A DNA stretch of 34,326 nt from Candidatus Binatia bacterium. Its GTDB lineage: Bacteria > Desulfobacterota > Binatia > UBA9968. The notes beneath the pieces were generated by a model, which was given only the letters and a program-made list of their open reading frames with translations, was not told the origin of the DNA and did no database searches. Shown here one piece after another: positions 1-8,718 of the stretch. The DNA is taken from contig DASXSW010000459.1 of assembly GCA_036505755.1 (NCBI GenBank), positions 1-34,326 of the forward strand, read 5' to 3'. The number at the start of each line of letters is the position of its first letter. Within the stretch, counting starts at the first letter, position 1. A program made the position numbers and the translations under genes.

Positions 1-842
1 TTCTCGTCGCTCGCTCTGCCGATCTTCGCTAAATCCGAAGATTGCTTAGCGCGTTCCTGCCACACGTCTTTTGCTTCATTGAGATCGTGCAAGCGGAGAA
101 CCTCCATGACAAACTTCGTTGCCTCGCTCTGATTTCGGTGAAAGAAAATCTGACCCTTGAGAGTTGCTTTGACAACTCGGTAGACTTCGTCCGCCGATTT
201 TTGAATCTTGTCGTCTGAAGCTTCTAAATTTGCGCTGAGCGACGAGACATAATCTCCGCTGTACGCCATTATGCGAAATCCTCTCCCCTCGGCCTGTTTG
301 GCGAATCCGTATGAGATTAGGGTTGCGTCCACGGATCCGGTCAAAAGGGCGCCCAGTCGAAGCGCGGGCTCGCCGAGCGCCCTCATTTGTATGCTGTCGA
401 TGGCGAGGCCGTTCTTGGCCAAAAACTCGCGCAGGATTAGAGTCGAGTTGCCCGACGTATCGGAAATGGCCATGCTCTTTCCACTGAGCTGCTTTATGTT
501 GGCAATCTTCGGCGAAGTCACGAGGTACTGGGCGGGTTTATCGCTATTGACAAGAAGGATCTTCAGGTGCGCGCCGCTGAGAATTGCTGGAATCGAACCG
601 CCATTGCTGTAGTCTACGGCGCCGCTGACCACGACCTGCGTCGTAACCGTACCGCGCGTCACAATGACGTCGACGTCCAGTCCCTCTTCACGATAAAAAC
701 CTAACCGTTGGGGAATCACGTAAGGAACCAAGGCTTCTCCCCCACCTTTGGAGGCGATGCGAATCTTTTTGAGCGCCTCGGCGGCAAGCGATTGGCCGAT
801 TCCAAAACAAAGCAATGAGACTACGATTAAAATTCTCAGCAT
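1..842 (-). CDS. ABC-transporter periplasmic substrate-binding protein, NMT1/SsuA-like; the C-terminal end runs off the left edge
   Basis: Absent from the ORF track because it has no stop in the window. My own reverse-strand translation from the ATG (rc of 840-842) reads MLRILIVVSLLCFGIGQSLAAEALKKIRIASKGGGEALVPYVIPQRLGFYREEGLDVDVIV... and stays open to position 1. It has a signal peptide and an SBP-like sequence. Confidence 0.6.
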   Translation of the reverse strand, partial: MLRILIVVSLLCFGIGQSLAAEALKKIRIASKGGGEALVPYVIPQRLGFYREEGLDVDVIVTRGTVTTQVVVSGAVDYSNGGSIPAILSGAHLKILLVNSDKPAQYLVTSPKIANIKQLSGKSMAISDTSGNSTLILREFLAKNGLAIDSIQMRALGEPALRLGALLTGSVDATLISYGFAKQAEGRGFRIMAYSGDYVSSLSANLEASDDKIQKSADEVYRVVKATLKGQIFFHRNQSEATKFVMEVLRLHDLNEAKDVWQERAKQSSDLAKIGRASDE

Positions 843-855
843 CGTTGCGCCCTGA

Positions 856-1518
856 CTACGCCCTCGGTCCAGCGAAGATTCGGGACATGTTAGTTTTGGC
901 ATCTTCGTAGATATCGTCCCCATGACCGACTAGGAGTCGTTCCAGATCGAGGTTCATGGCGATCAATCGTTTCACCGATTCGTTCGCCGCTTCTGGATCC
1001 GAAGAAAGATAAGCCGGCGAGACCACGAGATGCTCGCCGGCGCTGACAATCGCGTCACCGGCAATCATTGTCTTGATCCTCGGCAGATGCAGGCTGATAT
1101 GTCCCGCGGTGTGTCCCGGCGTGTGCAGCACATGAATACCGCCGCAGTCCGGCAATTGCTCGCCTCCTCTAACGACGTGTTCGACATCATGTCCGGTCGC
1201 CTTTTGGATCGCGGGCATATCGAACTCGTGCGCCATCACTTCGAACTTGAGCGTCTTCTTGAGTTTCTTCAATCCGCCGGTGTGATCCCCGTGGCGGTGC
1301 GTGAGCACGCACAGTTTTAAATCCGAATGCTTATGCCCCATTTCTACAATCGCGTCCATGATGATATCCGCATCGGCATCGGAAAACCCGGTATCAACCA
1401 GAATAAGCCGCTCGTTGCCGGTGACCAGAAACGATTTGACGATGCCTCTCGGCCCCTTCACGCGGCAAGGAACTATTTTCACACCGTCGATCGGAATATC
1501 TTTCAGAATGCTGACCAT
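856..1518 (-). CDS. MBL-fold metallo-hydrolase
   Basis: 220-aa ORF with the HxHxDH zinc motif (THRHGDHTGG), later TPGHTAGH and a C-terminal GHG. A GAGGAAGAG Shine-Dalgarno sequence sits ahead of the ATG. Confidence 0.85.
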   Translation of the reverse strand: MVSILKDIPIDGVKIVPCRVKGPRGIVKSFLVTGNERLILVDTGFSDADADIIMDAIVEMGHKHSDLKLCVLTHRHGDHTGGLKKLKKTLKFEVMAHEFDMPAIQKATGHDVEHVVRGGEQLPDCGGIHVLHTPGHTAGHISLHLPRIKTMIAGDAIVSAGEHLVVSPAYLSSDPEAANESVKRLIAMNLDLERLLVGHGDDIYEDAKTNMSRIFAGPRA

Positions 1519-1528
1519 GAACTCTTCC

Positions 1529-1999
1529 TCACTTGGTAAAATTTACCGCCGCCTCCTTGATCGCGGCAACGATATTGCCATAACCCGTGCAGCGGCAGAG
1601 ATTGCCGGAGATGGCCTTCTTGATTTGCTCCTCTGTCGGTTTGTTGCTTTTACTGAGCAAACCGTAAGCCGACATCAACATGCCCGGCGTGCAGTAACCG
1701 CACTCCACTGCATCGTTTTTCCAAAACGCTTCCTGCAGCGGGTGCAGCCGTTTGTCTTGCGCGAGGCCCTCCACGGTGACGATCTCATCACCTGCCGCCT
1801 GGACGGCGAAGACCATACAAGATTTCACCAGCGTGCCGTTCCACAATACGGTGCACGCACCGCAGCGGCCGACGACGCAGCCCAAGTGCGTGCCCGTGAG
1901 CCGCAGCGAATCGCGCAGAAAGTGGGCGAGCAGCGTCCGCGGTTCCACTTCACCCGAATAAGCGTTTCCATTGACGGTCAATGAAATCGTTTTAAGCAT
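1529..1999 (-). CDS. (2Fe-2S)-binding small subunit of a xanthine dehydrogenase/CO dehydrogenase-family molybdenum hydroxylase (CoxS-like)
   Basis: 156 aa with two Cys clusters (GCVVGRCGACTV and CGYCTPG ... CRCTGY) typical of the family. It overlaps the large-subunit gene by 8 nt. Confidence 0.9.
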   Translation of the reverse strand: MLKTISLTVNGNAYSGEVEPRTLLAHFLRDSLRLTGTHLGCVVGRCGACTVLWNGTLVKSCMVFAVQAAGDEIVTVEGLAQDKRLHPLQEAFWKNDAVECGYCTPGMLMSAYGLLSKSNKPTEEQIKKAISGNLCRCTGYGNIVAAIKEAAVNFTK

Positions 2000-4370
2000 G
2001 AGCGGATTTCGCCTGCGCTTGCTCGATGAGATCCAAAACTCTGTCCGGCGTGAGCGGCGTCTCGCGAACCTTTACGCCTAGCGGACTCAGCGCGTCTTCC
2101 ACCGCATTGCAAAGCGCCGGCGGCGGCCCCAGCATGCCGGTCTCGCCCGCGCCCTTAGCGCCCAAAGGCGTGAACGGATTGGGCGTGACGATATGCTCCA
2201 ACGCGAGCTCCGGCAATTCTTCGACGGACGGCAGACGGTAGTCCATGAAAGTCGAAGACAAGAGCTGGCCCTCCTCGTCGTAGCGCAATTCTTCGTAAAG
2301 CGCCGCGCCGATGCCCTGCATGATCGAGCCCTGTTGTTGAGTGTCGACGATCTGCGGATTGATCATGTTGCCGCAATCGTGGACCGTCGTGTATTTGACG
2401 ATCTTGATCATGCCAGTCTCCACATCGACATCGACCACCGCAATGACGGCGGCATAAGGATAGCTTGAAAACGTATTCATGCGGCCTTTGTCGTCCGGCG
2501 TGTAGTCGATATTCGGATTGACGAAATAGCCGGTCACTTCCAATCCGGGCTCCATGTTCTCCGGGAGCAAGTGAATCGCGCCATAGGCGGTTCGGACGAT
2601 TTCCATGACCGCGATGGATTGCTCCCGATCTTCCTTTGCGAACACTTTACCGTCACCGATCTCCAGCTTTTCTGGAACCACGCCCAACTGGCGCGCGGCA
2701 ATACCAAGTATTTTGTCGCGCATCAATTTTCCCGCCACCCAGGCCGAAGGCATCAGAACAACCGACGAGCGGCTGCTGCCGGTGCCGAAACCGTAAGGCG
2801 TCGGCAGAGTATCGCCATGAATCACCGTGATCTTGTCGAACGGAATGCCGGTTTGGCTGGCGACAATCTGGGCGAGCGTGGTCTCGTGACCTTGTCCCTG
2901 CTCACCCATGCTCGAAAACACCGTCGCCGCTCCTGAAGGATCGATGCGCAGCCGGCATGACGCATAACCGCCGGTGGCATGAATGCGACTCGAGCTCGTC
3001 GGCTCCATCACCAGAGCGACGCCGATACCGCGATAGATCTCTTTCTTGCGTAAATCAGCTTGTTCTTTGCGGAGCCGATCGTAGCCCGCCATTTCCGCGG
3101 TTCGTTTCAGAGCCAGATGATACTGGCCGCTGTCGTAAAGAGCGCCGGTGGCATTGCGGTACGGAAACGCATCGGCGGGAATGAAGTTTTTCATTCGAAT
3201 TTCAATCGGGTCGAGCTCTAATTCGCGTGCCGCGATGTCGACGAGTCGCTCCAGAATGTACGAAGCGTCGGCTTTGCCGATGCCGCGCAGCGAACCGTGT
3301 GTAGTTTTGTTCGTCGAGACGCCGAAGGCGCCGACGGCATAGTTCTGTATCTGGTAAACGCCCGTCATATACAACGCAGCGGCCATTATCGAGTGGTCGA
3401 CCGTGTACGTCGAGCCCATGTCGGCGATGATTTTGTCTTTGATCCCGAGCATGGTGCCGTCTTTCTTGAGCGCCATTTCAATATAGTGAATCTGATCGCG
3501 TCCGTGGCGGCCGTTGCGCATGTGCTCGACCCGTGTCTCACACCATTTGATCGGCCGTTTGAGCTCTCGTGAGAGGTACGGCAAGAGCAGCTCTTCTTGG
3601 TAGGTTTGAATCTTGACGCCGAAAGAACCGCCCACGTCCGGCGCGATCACGCGAATCTTGCCTTCGGGAAAACTCAAGATGTCGGCGATGCGCCCTCTGA
3701 GCGAGTGCGGATTCGCCGTCGCTGACCACATCGTCAGGCTATCTTCTTCCTTATTATAGTGTGCCAGATAAGCGCGCGGCTCGATCGGACAAGCGGTGAT
3801 GCGGTGGCTGCGAATTTTTTCTCTGACGACGATATCGGCTTCTTGAAACACTTTGTCGATACCGTCCGTCGCGAAATGATATTTGTAAACGATGTTGCTG
3901 CCGGCATCTTCATGGACAGCTGGCGCACCCGGGTTCATGGCGGTTTCCGGGTCGAGGACCGCCGGCAACTGCTCGTAATCCACCGCGACCATGTCGACCG
4001 CGTCTTCAGCAAGGTAGCGATTGTCCGCCACTACGACGGCCAGCGGCTCGCCAAAATAGCGAACCTTATCGACCGCTAACGGATAAAGCTTCACCGGCCG
4101 CAGCACCGGGCTGCCGCCCACGCGCAATGGTTTAACGTGCTGCGCAATCTCTTTTCCGGTAAACACCGCGTGTACGCCGGGCATCGATCGCGCCGCTTCG
4201 ATGTCGATGCTGTTAATTCTCGCGTGGGCGCAAGAGCTGCGCACAAACGAAACATGCAGCGTACCCGGCGGCAACAGATCATCAACATACCGCCCCGTGC
4301 CGGTGACGAAGCGCTCGGTTTCTTTTCTTCTGACTCGTTCTCCAATGGGCGGATTGATCGAAAAATTCAT
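1992..4370 (-). CDS. Molybdopterin-binding large subunit of a xanthine dehydrogenase-family enzyme (CoxL-like)
   Basis: 792 aa. The N-terminal hammerhead region reads RKETERFVTGTGRYVDD and the C-terminal region carries GAKGAGETG with the catalytic Glu. Confidence 0.9.
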   Translation of the reverse strand: MNFSINPPIGERVRRKETERFVTGTGRYVDDLLPPGTLHVSFVRSSCAHARINSIDIEAARSMPGVHAVFTGKEIAQHVKPLRVGGSPVLRPVKLYPLAVDKVRYFGEPLAVVVADNRYLAEDAVDMVAVDYEQLPAVLDPETAMNPGAPAVHEDAGSNIVYKYHFATDGIDKVFQEADIVVREKIRSHRITACPIEPRAYLAHYNKEEDSLTMWSATANPHSLRGRIADILSFPEGKIRVIAPDVGGSFGVKIQTYQEELLLPYLSRELKRPIKWCETRVEHMRNGRHGRDQIHYIEMALKKDGTMLGIKDKIIADMGSTYTVDHSIMAAALYMTGVYQIQNYAVGAFGVSTNKTTHGSLRGIGKADASYILERLVDIAARELELDPIEIRMKNFIPADAFPYRNATGALYDSGQYHLALKRTAEMAGYDRLRKEQADLRKKEIYRGIGVALVMEPTSSSRIHATGGYASCRLRIDPSGAATVFSSMGEQGQGHETTLAQIVASQTGIPFDKITVIHGDTLPTPYGFGTGSSRSSVVLMPSAWVAGKLMRDKILGIAARQLGVVPEKLEIGDGKVFAKEDREQSIAVMEIVRTAYGAIHLLPENMEPGLEVTGYFVNPNIDYTPDDKGRMNTFSSYPYAAVIAVVDVDVETGMIKIVKYTTVHDCGNMINPQIVDTQQQGSIMQGIGAALYEELRYDEEGQLLSSTFMDYRLPSVEELPELALEHIVTPNPFTPLGAKGAGETGMLGPPPALCNAVEDALSPLGVKVRETPLTPDRVLDLIEQAQAKSAHA

Positions 4371-4497
4371 GTTCGGTCTTAAGCTTTCACTTTCTCAATT
4401 GTCACACCTTGAACTGGCCGTTTTCACAAACCATCATCCACCACGAATGTCACGCGCGAAGCGATTCCCTCAAGATAATGCCGCTAACCAACCATGC

Positions 4498-4570
4498 TTC
4501 CACGGGCTCAGCATGAATGGAGAGTTGTCGTGAATGCGAATGTGTTCTCGTTCGCCCTGAGCCGGTCGAA
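4498..4570. repeat. REP-like imperfect palindrome lying inside the operon, between the UbiD gene and the hydroxylase genes
   Basis: Arms ttccacgggctcagcatgaatggagag and ttctcgttcgccctgagccggtcgaa share a perfect GGCTCAG/CTGAGCC core and flanking partial complementarity. Confidence 0.5.
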
Positions 4571-4600
4571 GGGTGAACGTAGGTTGCTCAACGAAATCCA

Positions 4601-6016
4601 TTAGTCGTCTCCGATCAACTTGCCCCATTTTGCATTGGTCTCCTTCAACAGCTCCTCATCAATCTGTGTGGTCGCGGGAAATTCGTCGAACCAATGATAG
4701 GGTCGGCAAGCATCGATGATCGCGACCGATCCCGTGTAATCTGCCACTTCCTTTTTATGCTTGGGCAGCCGCGGGTCGATCTTGTAACTCCATATCCTTC
4801 GGGACACGTCCAAGGACGTCTCCGGATCGCAGCGGGTCGCGATGGCCCAGAGAACCTGTTCCAGATTGTATGGATCGATGTCCTCATCAACGACGATGAC
4901 GAATCTTCCATGGTAGCCGGCTGTCCCTCCGATGGCCCCATGGGCCGCCCTCATCGCATGGCCTGGATAGGCTTGCTTCAGCGAGATGATGCACATTCCC
5001 CACGAGTAGTTGATCGCCTTGATATCGGGAATACCCAGTGCTTCGAGCTCGTTCCAAACCAAAATCCCGCGCGAAGAAAGAATCCCACGACTGCTTCCTA
5101 AGAATGGCGGTGCACCAAGAATGATCGGTTCGTTGCGATAGAGGATGCTCTTGATCATCGTGATCGGCGCGGGTCGCGCGCCGCCACCGTAATATCCTGA
5201 AAATTCCCCGAACGGACCCTCGATCTCCGTCCCTGCGCCGGGCGGCAACATCTCCCCTTCCAACACGACCTCAGCGGTCGCCGGAATCGGCAGGTCCGTG
5301 ACCGCGCCTTTGGTGATCTCCACAGCCGCGCCGCGCATCCAACCTGAAAAACCGTATTCCGACTCTCCCCAAGTCAGATTGGTACCTGCCGCGATCAACA
5401 GCGACGGCTCTTGACCCAGAGAAATAGCCACAGGACAAGGCTTTCCCTTCGCCCAATATTTTTTTCTGATCACGTCGCCATGATGGCCGGAGCCGATATG
5501 GGCAACGATCTTGTTTCTGCCCAATAACATGAATCGGTATGAGCCCACATTGATGTATCCGGATTCAGGATCCCTGGTTACAGATGAGGTCGCGCAGATG
5601 TAGGGGCCGCCATCCCGCTGATGCCACTTCGGCCAGGGAAAACGGGCGAGATCGATGTCGGATCCAAGCAACACGTTTTCCTTGACCGGCCCGTCCTTCA
5701 CCTCTTTCGGTTCGATGGGCTCAAACTCTTTCAACCTGTTCTTCCAATAGAGCACGGCTTCTGGATCCGTGAGGTCATTGGAAACGCCAAAGACCATGCG
5801 TTCTCTCAGTCGGTTCGATACGACATTGGTAAGAACTCGATAGCCCTTTTTAAAACCTTTGATCGAATCAAAAAGCACGGCAGGGCATGTCTTTCGGAAG
5901 GACGCGATCTCGGTGATCGCGCCAATTTCCAGATCGCAGCTCGCTCCCTCGATAATTTTGAGCTGCCCGAGTTTCTCCAATGTCGCGATGTAATCTCTAA
6001 GGTCGTTGAAGATCAT
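4601..6016 (-). CDS. UbiD-family (prFMN-dependent) decarboxylase
   Basis: 471 aa with a family-typical N-terminus (DLRDYIATLEKLGQLKII), NVGSYR, SGHHG and the EGPFGEFSGYYG loop. An AGAGG Shine-Dalgarno sequence precedes the ATG. Confidence 0.9.
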   Translation of the reverse strand: MIFNDLRDYIATLEKLGQLKIIEGASCDLEIGAITEIASFRKTCPAVLFDSIKGFKKGYRVLTNVVSNRLRERMVFGVSNDLTDPEAVLYWKNRLKEFEPIEPKEVKDGPVKENVLLGSDIDLARFPWPKWHQRDGGPYICATSSVTRDPESGYINVGSYRFMLLGRNKIVAHIGSGHHGDVIRKKYWAKGKPCPVAISLGQEPSLLIAAGTNLTWGESEYGFSGWMRGAAVEITKGAVTDLPIPATAEVVLEGEMLPPGAGTEIEGPFGEFSGYYGGGARPAPITMIKSILYRNEPIILGAPPFLGSSRGILSSRGILVWNELEALGIPDIKAINYSWGMCIISLKQAYPGHAMRAAHGAIGGTAGYHGRFVIVVDEDIDPYNLEQVLWAIATRCDPETSLDVSRRIWSYKIDPRLPKHKKEVADYTGSVAIIDACRPYHWFDEFPATTQIDEELLKETNAKWGKLIGDD

Positions 6017-6520
6017 TTACCAGCCTCTCTTTTTCTTGCTTCGGCCTAGGCTCGCATCCTCACTCGGTTATTGAGATCGCGATCCATAAGCGAACGATCT
6101 GAAAAAAAGCTGTCACGTCGTCGCTTATCACTGTGAAACAAAAACTGTCAAGCATTTGCTGACCTCTTTTCACGCGATCGACATTGCCGGAACAAAGTAG
6201 CCGAGCAGGCGCGTGACACACAAATTATGCTCCGGCGAAGGAGAAACAAATTTCGCGACCATGTTGCATGGTCTTGAAACGACCGCTCGAGGAAGTTGAA
6301 GAGCCGACACTCCCTTGGTCATAAAGTTACAAACTTTCCGCTATGTCGATTTTATCGATACGTTGGTGATCGAGGAGGCGAAAAAGCAATTAGGCAGGCG
6401 GCCGCGATTCAGTAGCCAACGCTCGGCCGGTTGAATCCGAAGAGAGTTTTAAATTGAACTTTGGGCTCAGTAAGGACTGGAACGAAAACGACAAGCGAGC
6501 GCACCGATAGAGAGTAAAAT

Positions 6521-6733
6521 CTACTGCCAAGTCACTGAGTCCGTAATTACGATCTCTTCCGATGAAACGAGTGAGCGCGTACCGTCATCCCAACAGACAT
6601 TGACCAGCTGTCCCCCTTCGCCTTCAAGCTCATAGACGATAGTTCCTTCGGTGGCAGCACCGATCGTTCCATCGATATCCAGGATTTCCTGAGCCGCGCG
6701 ACAGCGGACTCCTTTGAGACTGACGTCTATCAT
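6521..6733 (-). CDS. Small hypothetical protein (70 aa)
   Basis: The ORF is preceded by a GGGAG Shine-Dalgarno sequence 7-8 nt from the ATG. I recognise no family. It sits alone inside about 930 nt of otherwise non-coding DNA. Confidence 0.45.
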   Translation of the reverse strand: MIDVSLKGVRCRAAQEILDIDGTIGAATEGTIVYELEGEGGQLVNVCWDDGTRSLVSSEEIVITDSVTWQ

Positions 6734-6951
6734 CTTTCCGCTCCCGTCGAACCGTCAAAGATTTGCTTACCCTTTCCTCGGCGATTGGCACTCTAATCAG
6801 AATGAATGTCCAAATCAACCACTTTTCAAAAAAATTTCACGAGCGGTAAAGAAAACTTTACCAAGTACAAATGCATTCAACGAATGTCTGGGACATGCGC
6901 CGATCTGTCATCGCAAGAGACGGAACTATCGTGATCAGTGACCGAGCAGAG

Positions 6952-8283
6952 CTAAGCAACCAGCATCACTTGAAGATCCATGACGTTGGTAAAAGTCGGC
7001 CCGGTTATCAAGAGATCGTCAGTCGCCTTGAGAAAATGATAGGAGTCATTTCTGGCCAAAGATGCCGCCGCGTCGAGACCCCTGGCTCTGCCTCGTTGAA
7101 CCGTCGAAGCGTCAACGATTGCGCCGGCCGCATCGGTGGGGCCATCCGTGCCATCGGTACCCGCGCTGAGAATGATCACGCCGTCGAGCCCGTCTATCTC
7201 GACTGCTGCGGCTAAAGCGAATTCCTGGTTTCGCCCGCCTAATCCATCGCCCCGAATAGTGACCGTAGTCTCACCGCCGGATATCACGCAAGTCGGGCGC
7301 CTAAGCAGTTGCCCTCTCCGCGCAATATCCTTGACGAGCGCGGTATGAGATTTTGCGACGATACGGCTTTCACCCTCGACGGAGCTGGAAAGTATCCATG
7401 CTTGATAGCCGAAGGTCTCGGCTTGGTGCTCGGCCCCGTTCAGCGCCGCGCGATTGCTGCCGATGATAACATTCTGCACTTTGTGAAAGATCGCATCTGA
7501 AGGTTTGGGCGTTTCATCAACTGCCCCTTCGGCGCCACGCCGCAAAAGATTGATTACGGCATGAGGCATTTTGTCGGTCAGATCATAGCGCCGCACAATT
7601 TCCAGACAATCCCCATAGGTTGTCGAATCGGCAACAGTCGGGCCGGAAGCGATCGCTTCGAGCGAATCGCCGATGACGTCGGAGAGAATGAGCGATACTA
7701 AATTCGCCGGCGCCACCAGTTTTGCAAACCGCCCACCTTTCAATTTTGAAATATGTTTGCGCACCGCGTTGACTTCCTGGATCGTCGCACCGCTCTGCAG
7801 GAGCATTTGCGTCGTGCGCTGCTTCTCCGCCAACGTCAAACCGTCCGCCGGACCAGGAAACAATGCCGATCCGCCGCCGGAAATTAGAAACAATACCAAA
7901 TCGTTCTCGCCGGCAGCTCGGACGAGTTCGATAATTTGATGGGCGCCATCGACGCCGGCTTCGTCCGGTATGGGATGACTCGCTTCAACGACTTTGATTC
8001 TCTCGAGCGGCAGAGCATAACCATACTTCACGACAACGACGCCGCCAGTAATTCTGTCATCAAGAAGATTCTCGATGGCGAGCGCCATCCTTGCCGCGGC
8101 TTTGCCGCACCCAACGACGAGAATATTTCGAATGTTCGAAAGCCGATAGCTTCGGTCGGCTATTTGGAGGTAATCATTATGAAGACGGACATTGGTTTTG
8201 ATCCCGTTCACCGGGTCTGCCGATTTCACACCGGCCATAAATATTCCCCGCGCATGGGCGCGCAACTCCATCAACGATGTCAT
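6952..8283 (-). CDS. Glycerate 2-kinase (MOFRL / TtuD-type hydroxypyruvate reductase family)
   Basis: 443 aa with VVGCGKAA, FLISGGGSAL, SGGETTV and GGRNQE...AGTDGTDGPTDAAGA, all typical of the DUF4147+MOFRL glycerate kinases. Confidence 0.85.
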   Translation of the reverse strand: MTSLMELRAHARGIFMAGVKSADPVNGIKTNVRLHNDYLQIADRSYRLSNIRNILVVGCGKAAARMALAIENLLDDRITGGVVVVKYGYALPLERIKVVEASHPIPDEAGVDGAHQIIELVRAAGENDLVLFLISGGGSALFPGPADGLTLAEKQRTTQMLLQSGATIQEVNAVRKHISKLKGGRFAKLVAPANLVSLILSDVIGDSLEAIASGPTVADSTTYGDCLEIVRRYDLTDKMPHAVINLLRRGAEGAVDETPKPSDAIFHKVQNVIIGSNRAALNGAEHQAETFGYQAWILSSSVEGESRIVAKSHTALVKDIARRGQLLRRPTCVISGGETTVTIRGDGLGGRNQEFALAAAVEIDGLDGVIILSAGTDGTDGPTDAAGAIVDASTVQRGRARGLDAAASLARNDSYHFLKATDDLLITGPTFTNVMDLQVMLVA

Positions 8284-8356
8284 ATCGCTGACTCTAACAA
8301 TCGCAAGCGAGCGATTTCAAACGACAATGGTACCGGGGCAATTGTTCTCGACGACG

Positions 8357-8608
8357 CATTAACCCGGATTCCGCAGTTCCCGCCGACGCGATGAGCGATG
8401 AGCAAACCTTCCGTAGCGAAGTCAATGGGTCTCTGCCTCTGAGCGGACATCGATCACCGGTGGTTCAAGATGAAATCTAAGACTTACAATGGTGAAGTGC
8501 GAAATAGCGAAAAGGACTTTGAAACTTTACAGTTGGGTGCCTTCGCTACTCCAGGTTTGCTCCTCGCTCAAGGGCCGATGCATTTAACCTCGGAATCCGG
8601 GATTAATG
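8357..8608. repeat. 252-nt nested inverted repeat (long imperfect hairpin; MITE/ERIC-like element or structured RNA)
   Basis: The outer arms 8357-8373 and 8591-8608 match at 17 positions with a single 1-nt bulge. The inner arms 8392-8421 and 8541-8570 match at 26 of 30 positions. I verified both by hand reverse-complementing. Confidence 0.7.
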
Positions 8609-8665
8609 TAGGGGCAGGCGCCCGTGCCTGCCTTTCTCGGGCGACCACAGCGGGTCGCCCCTGCA
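8608..8665. repeat. Pair of GC-rich REP-like hairpins
   Basis: GTAGGGGCAGGC-gcccgt-GCCTGCC is followed by GGGCGACC-acagcg-GGTCGCCCCTGCA. The first module recurs at 23634 and the second at 15504. Confidence 0.7.
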
Positions 8666-8718
8666 AGCATCAATTTGACCGATGGCTATTTTTGGAAATA
8701 GAGATAAGGGAAGACAAA

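Noticed and set aside
1301-1984. A 227-aa ORF lies antisense to the MBL and 2Fe-2S genes. Similar long antisense ORFs lie at 24116..24931, 25037..25921, 27749..28588 and 31058..31723.
   Set aside because: Each lies fully inside a confidently identified gene on the other strand, has a low-complexity Arg/His-rich sequence and lacks a start context. I treat all of them as shadow ORFs.
6786-6800. A sigma54-like TGGCAC-N5 motif.
   Set aside because: The -12 element reads TCAG instead of TTGC, and the motif points toward the tail of a minus-strand gene, so it has nothing to drive.
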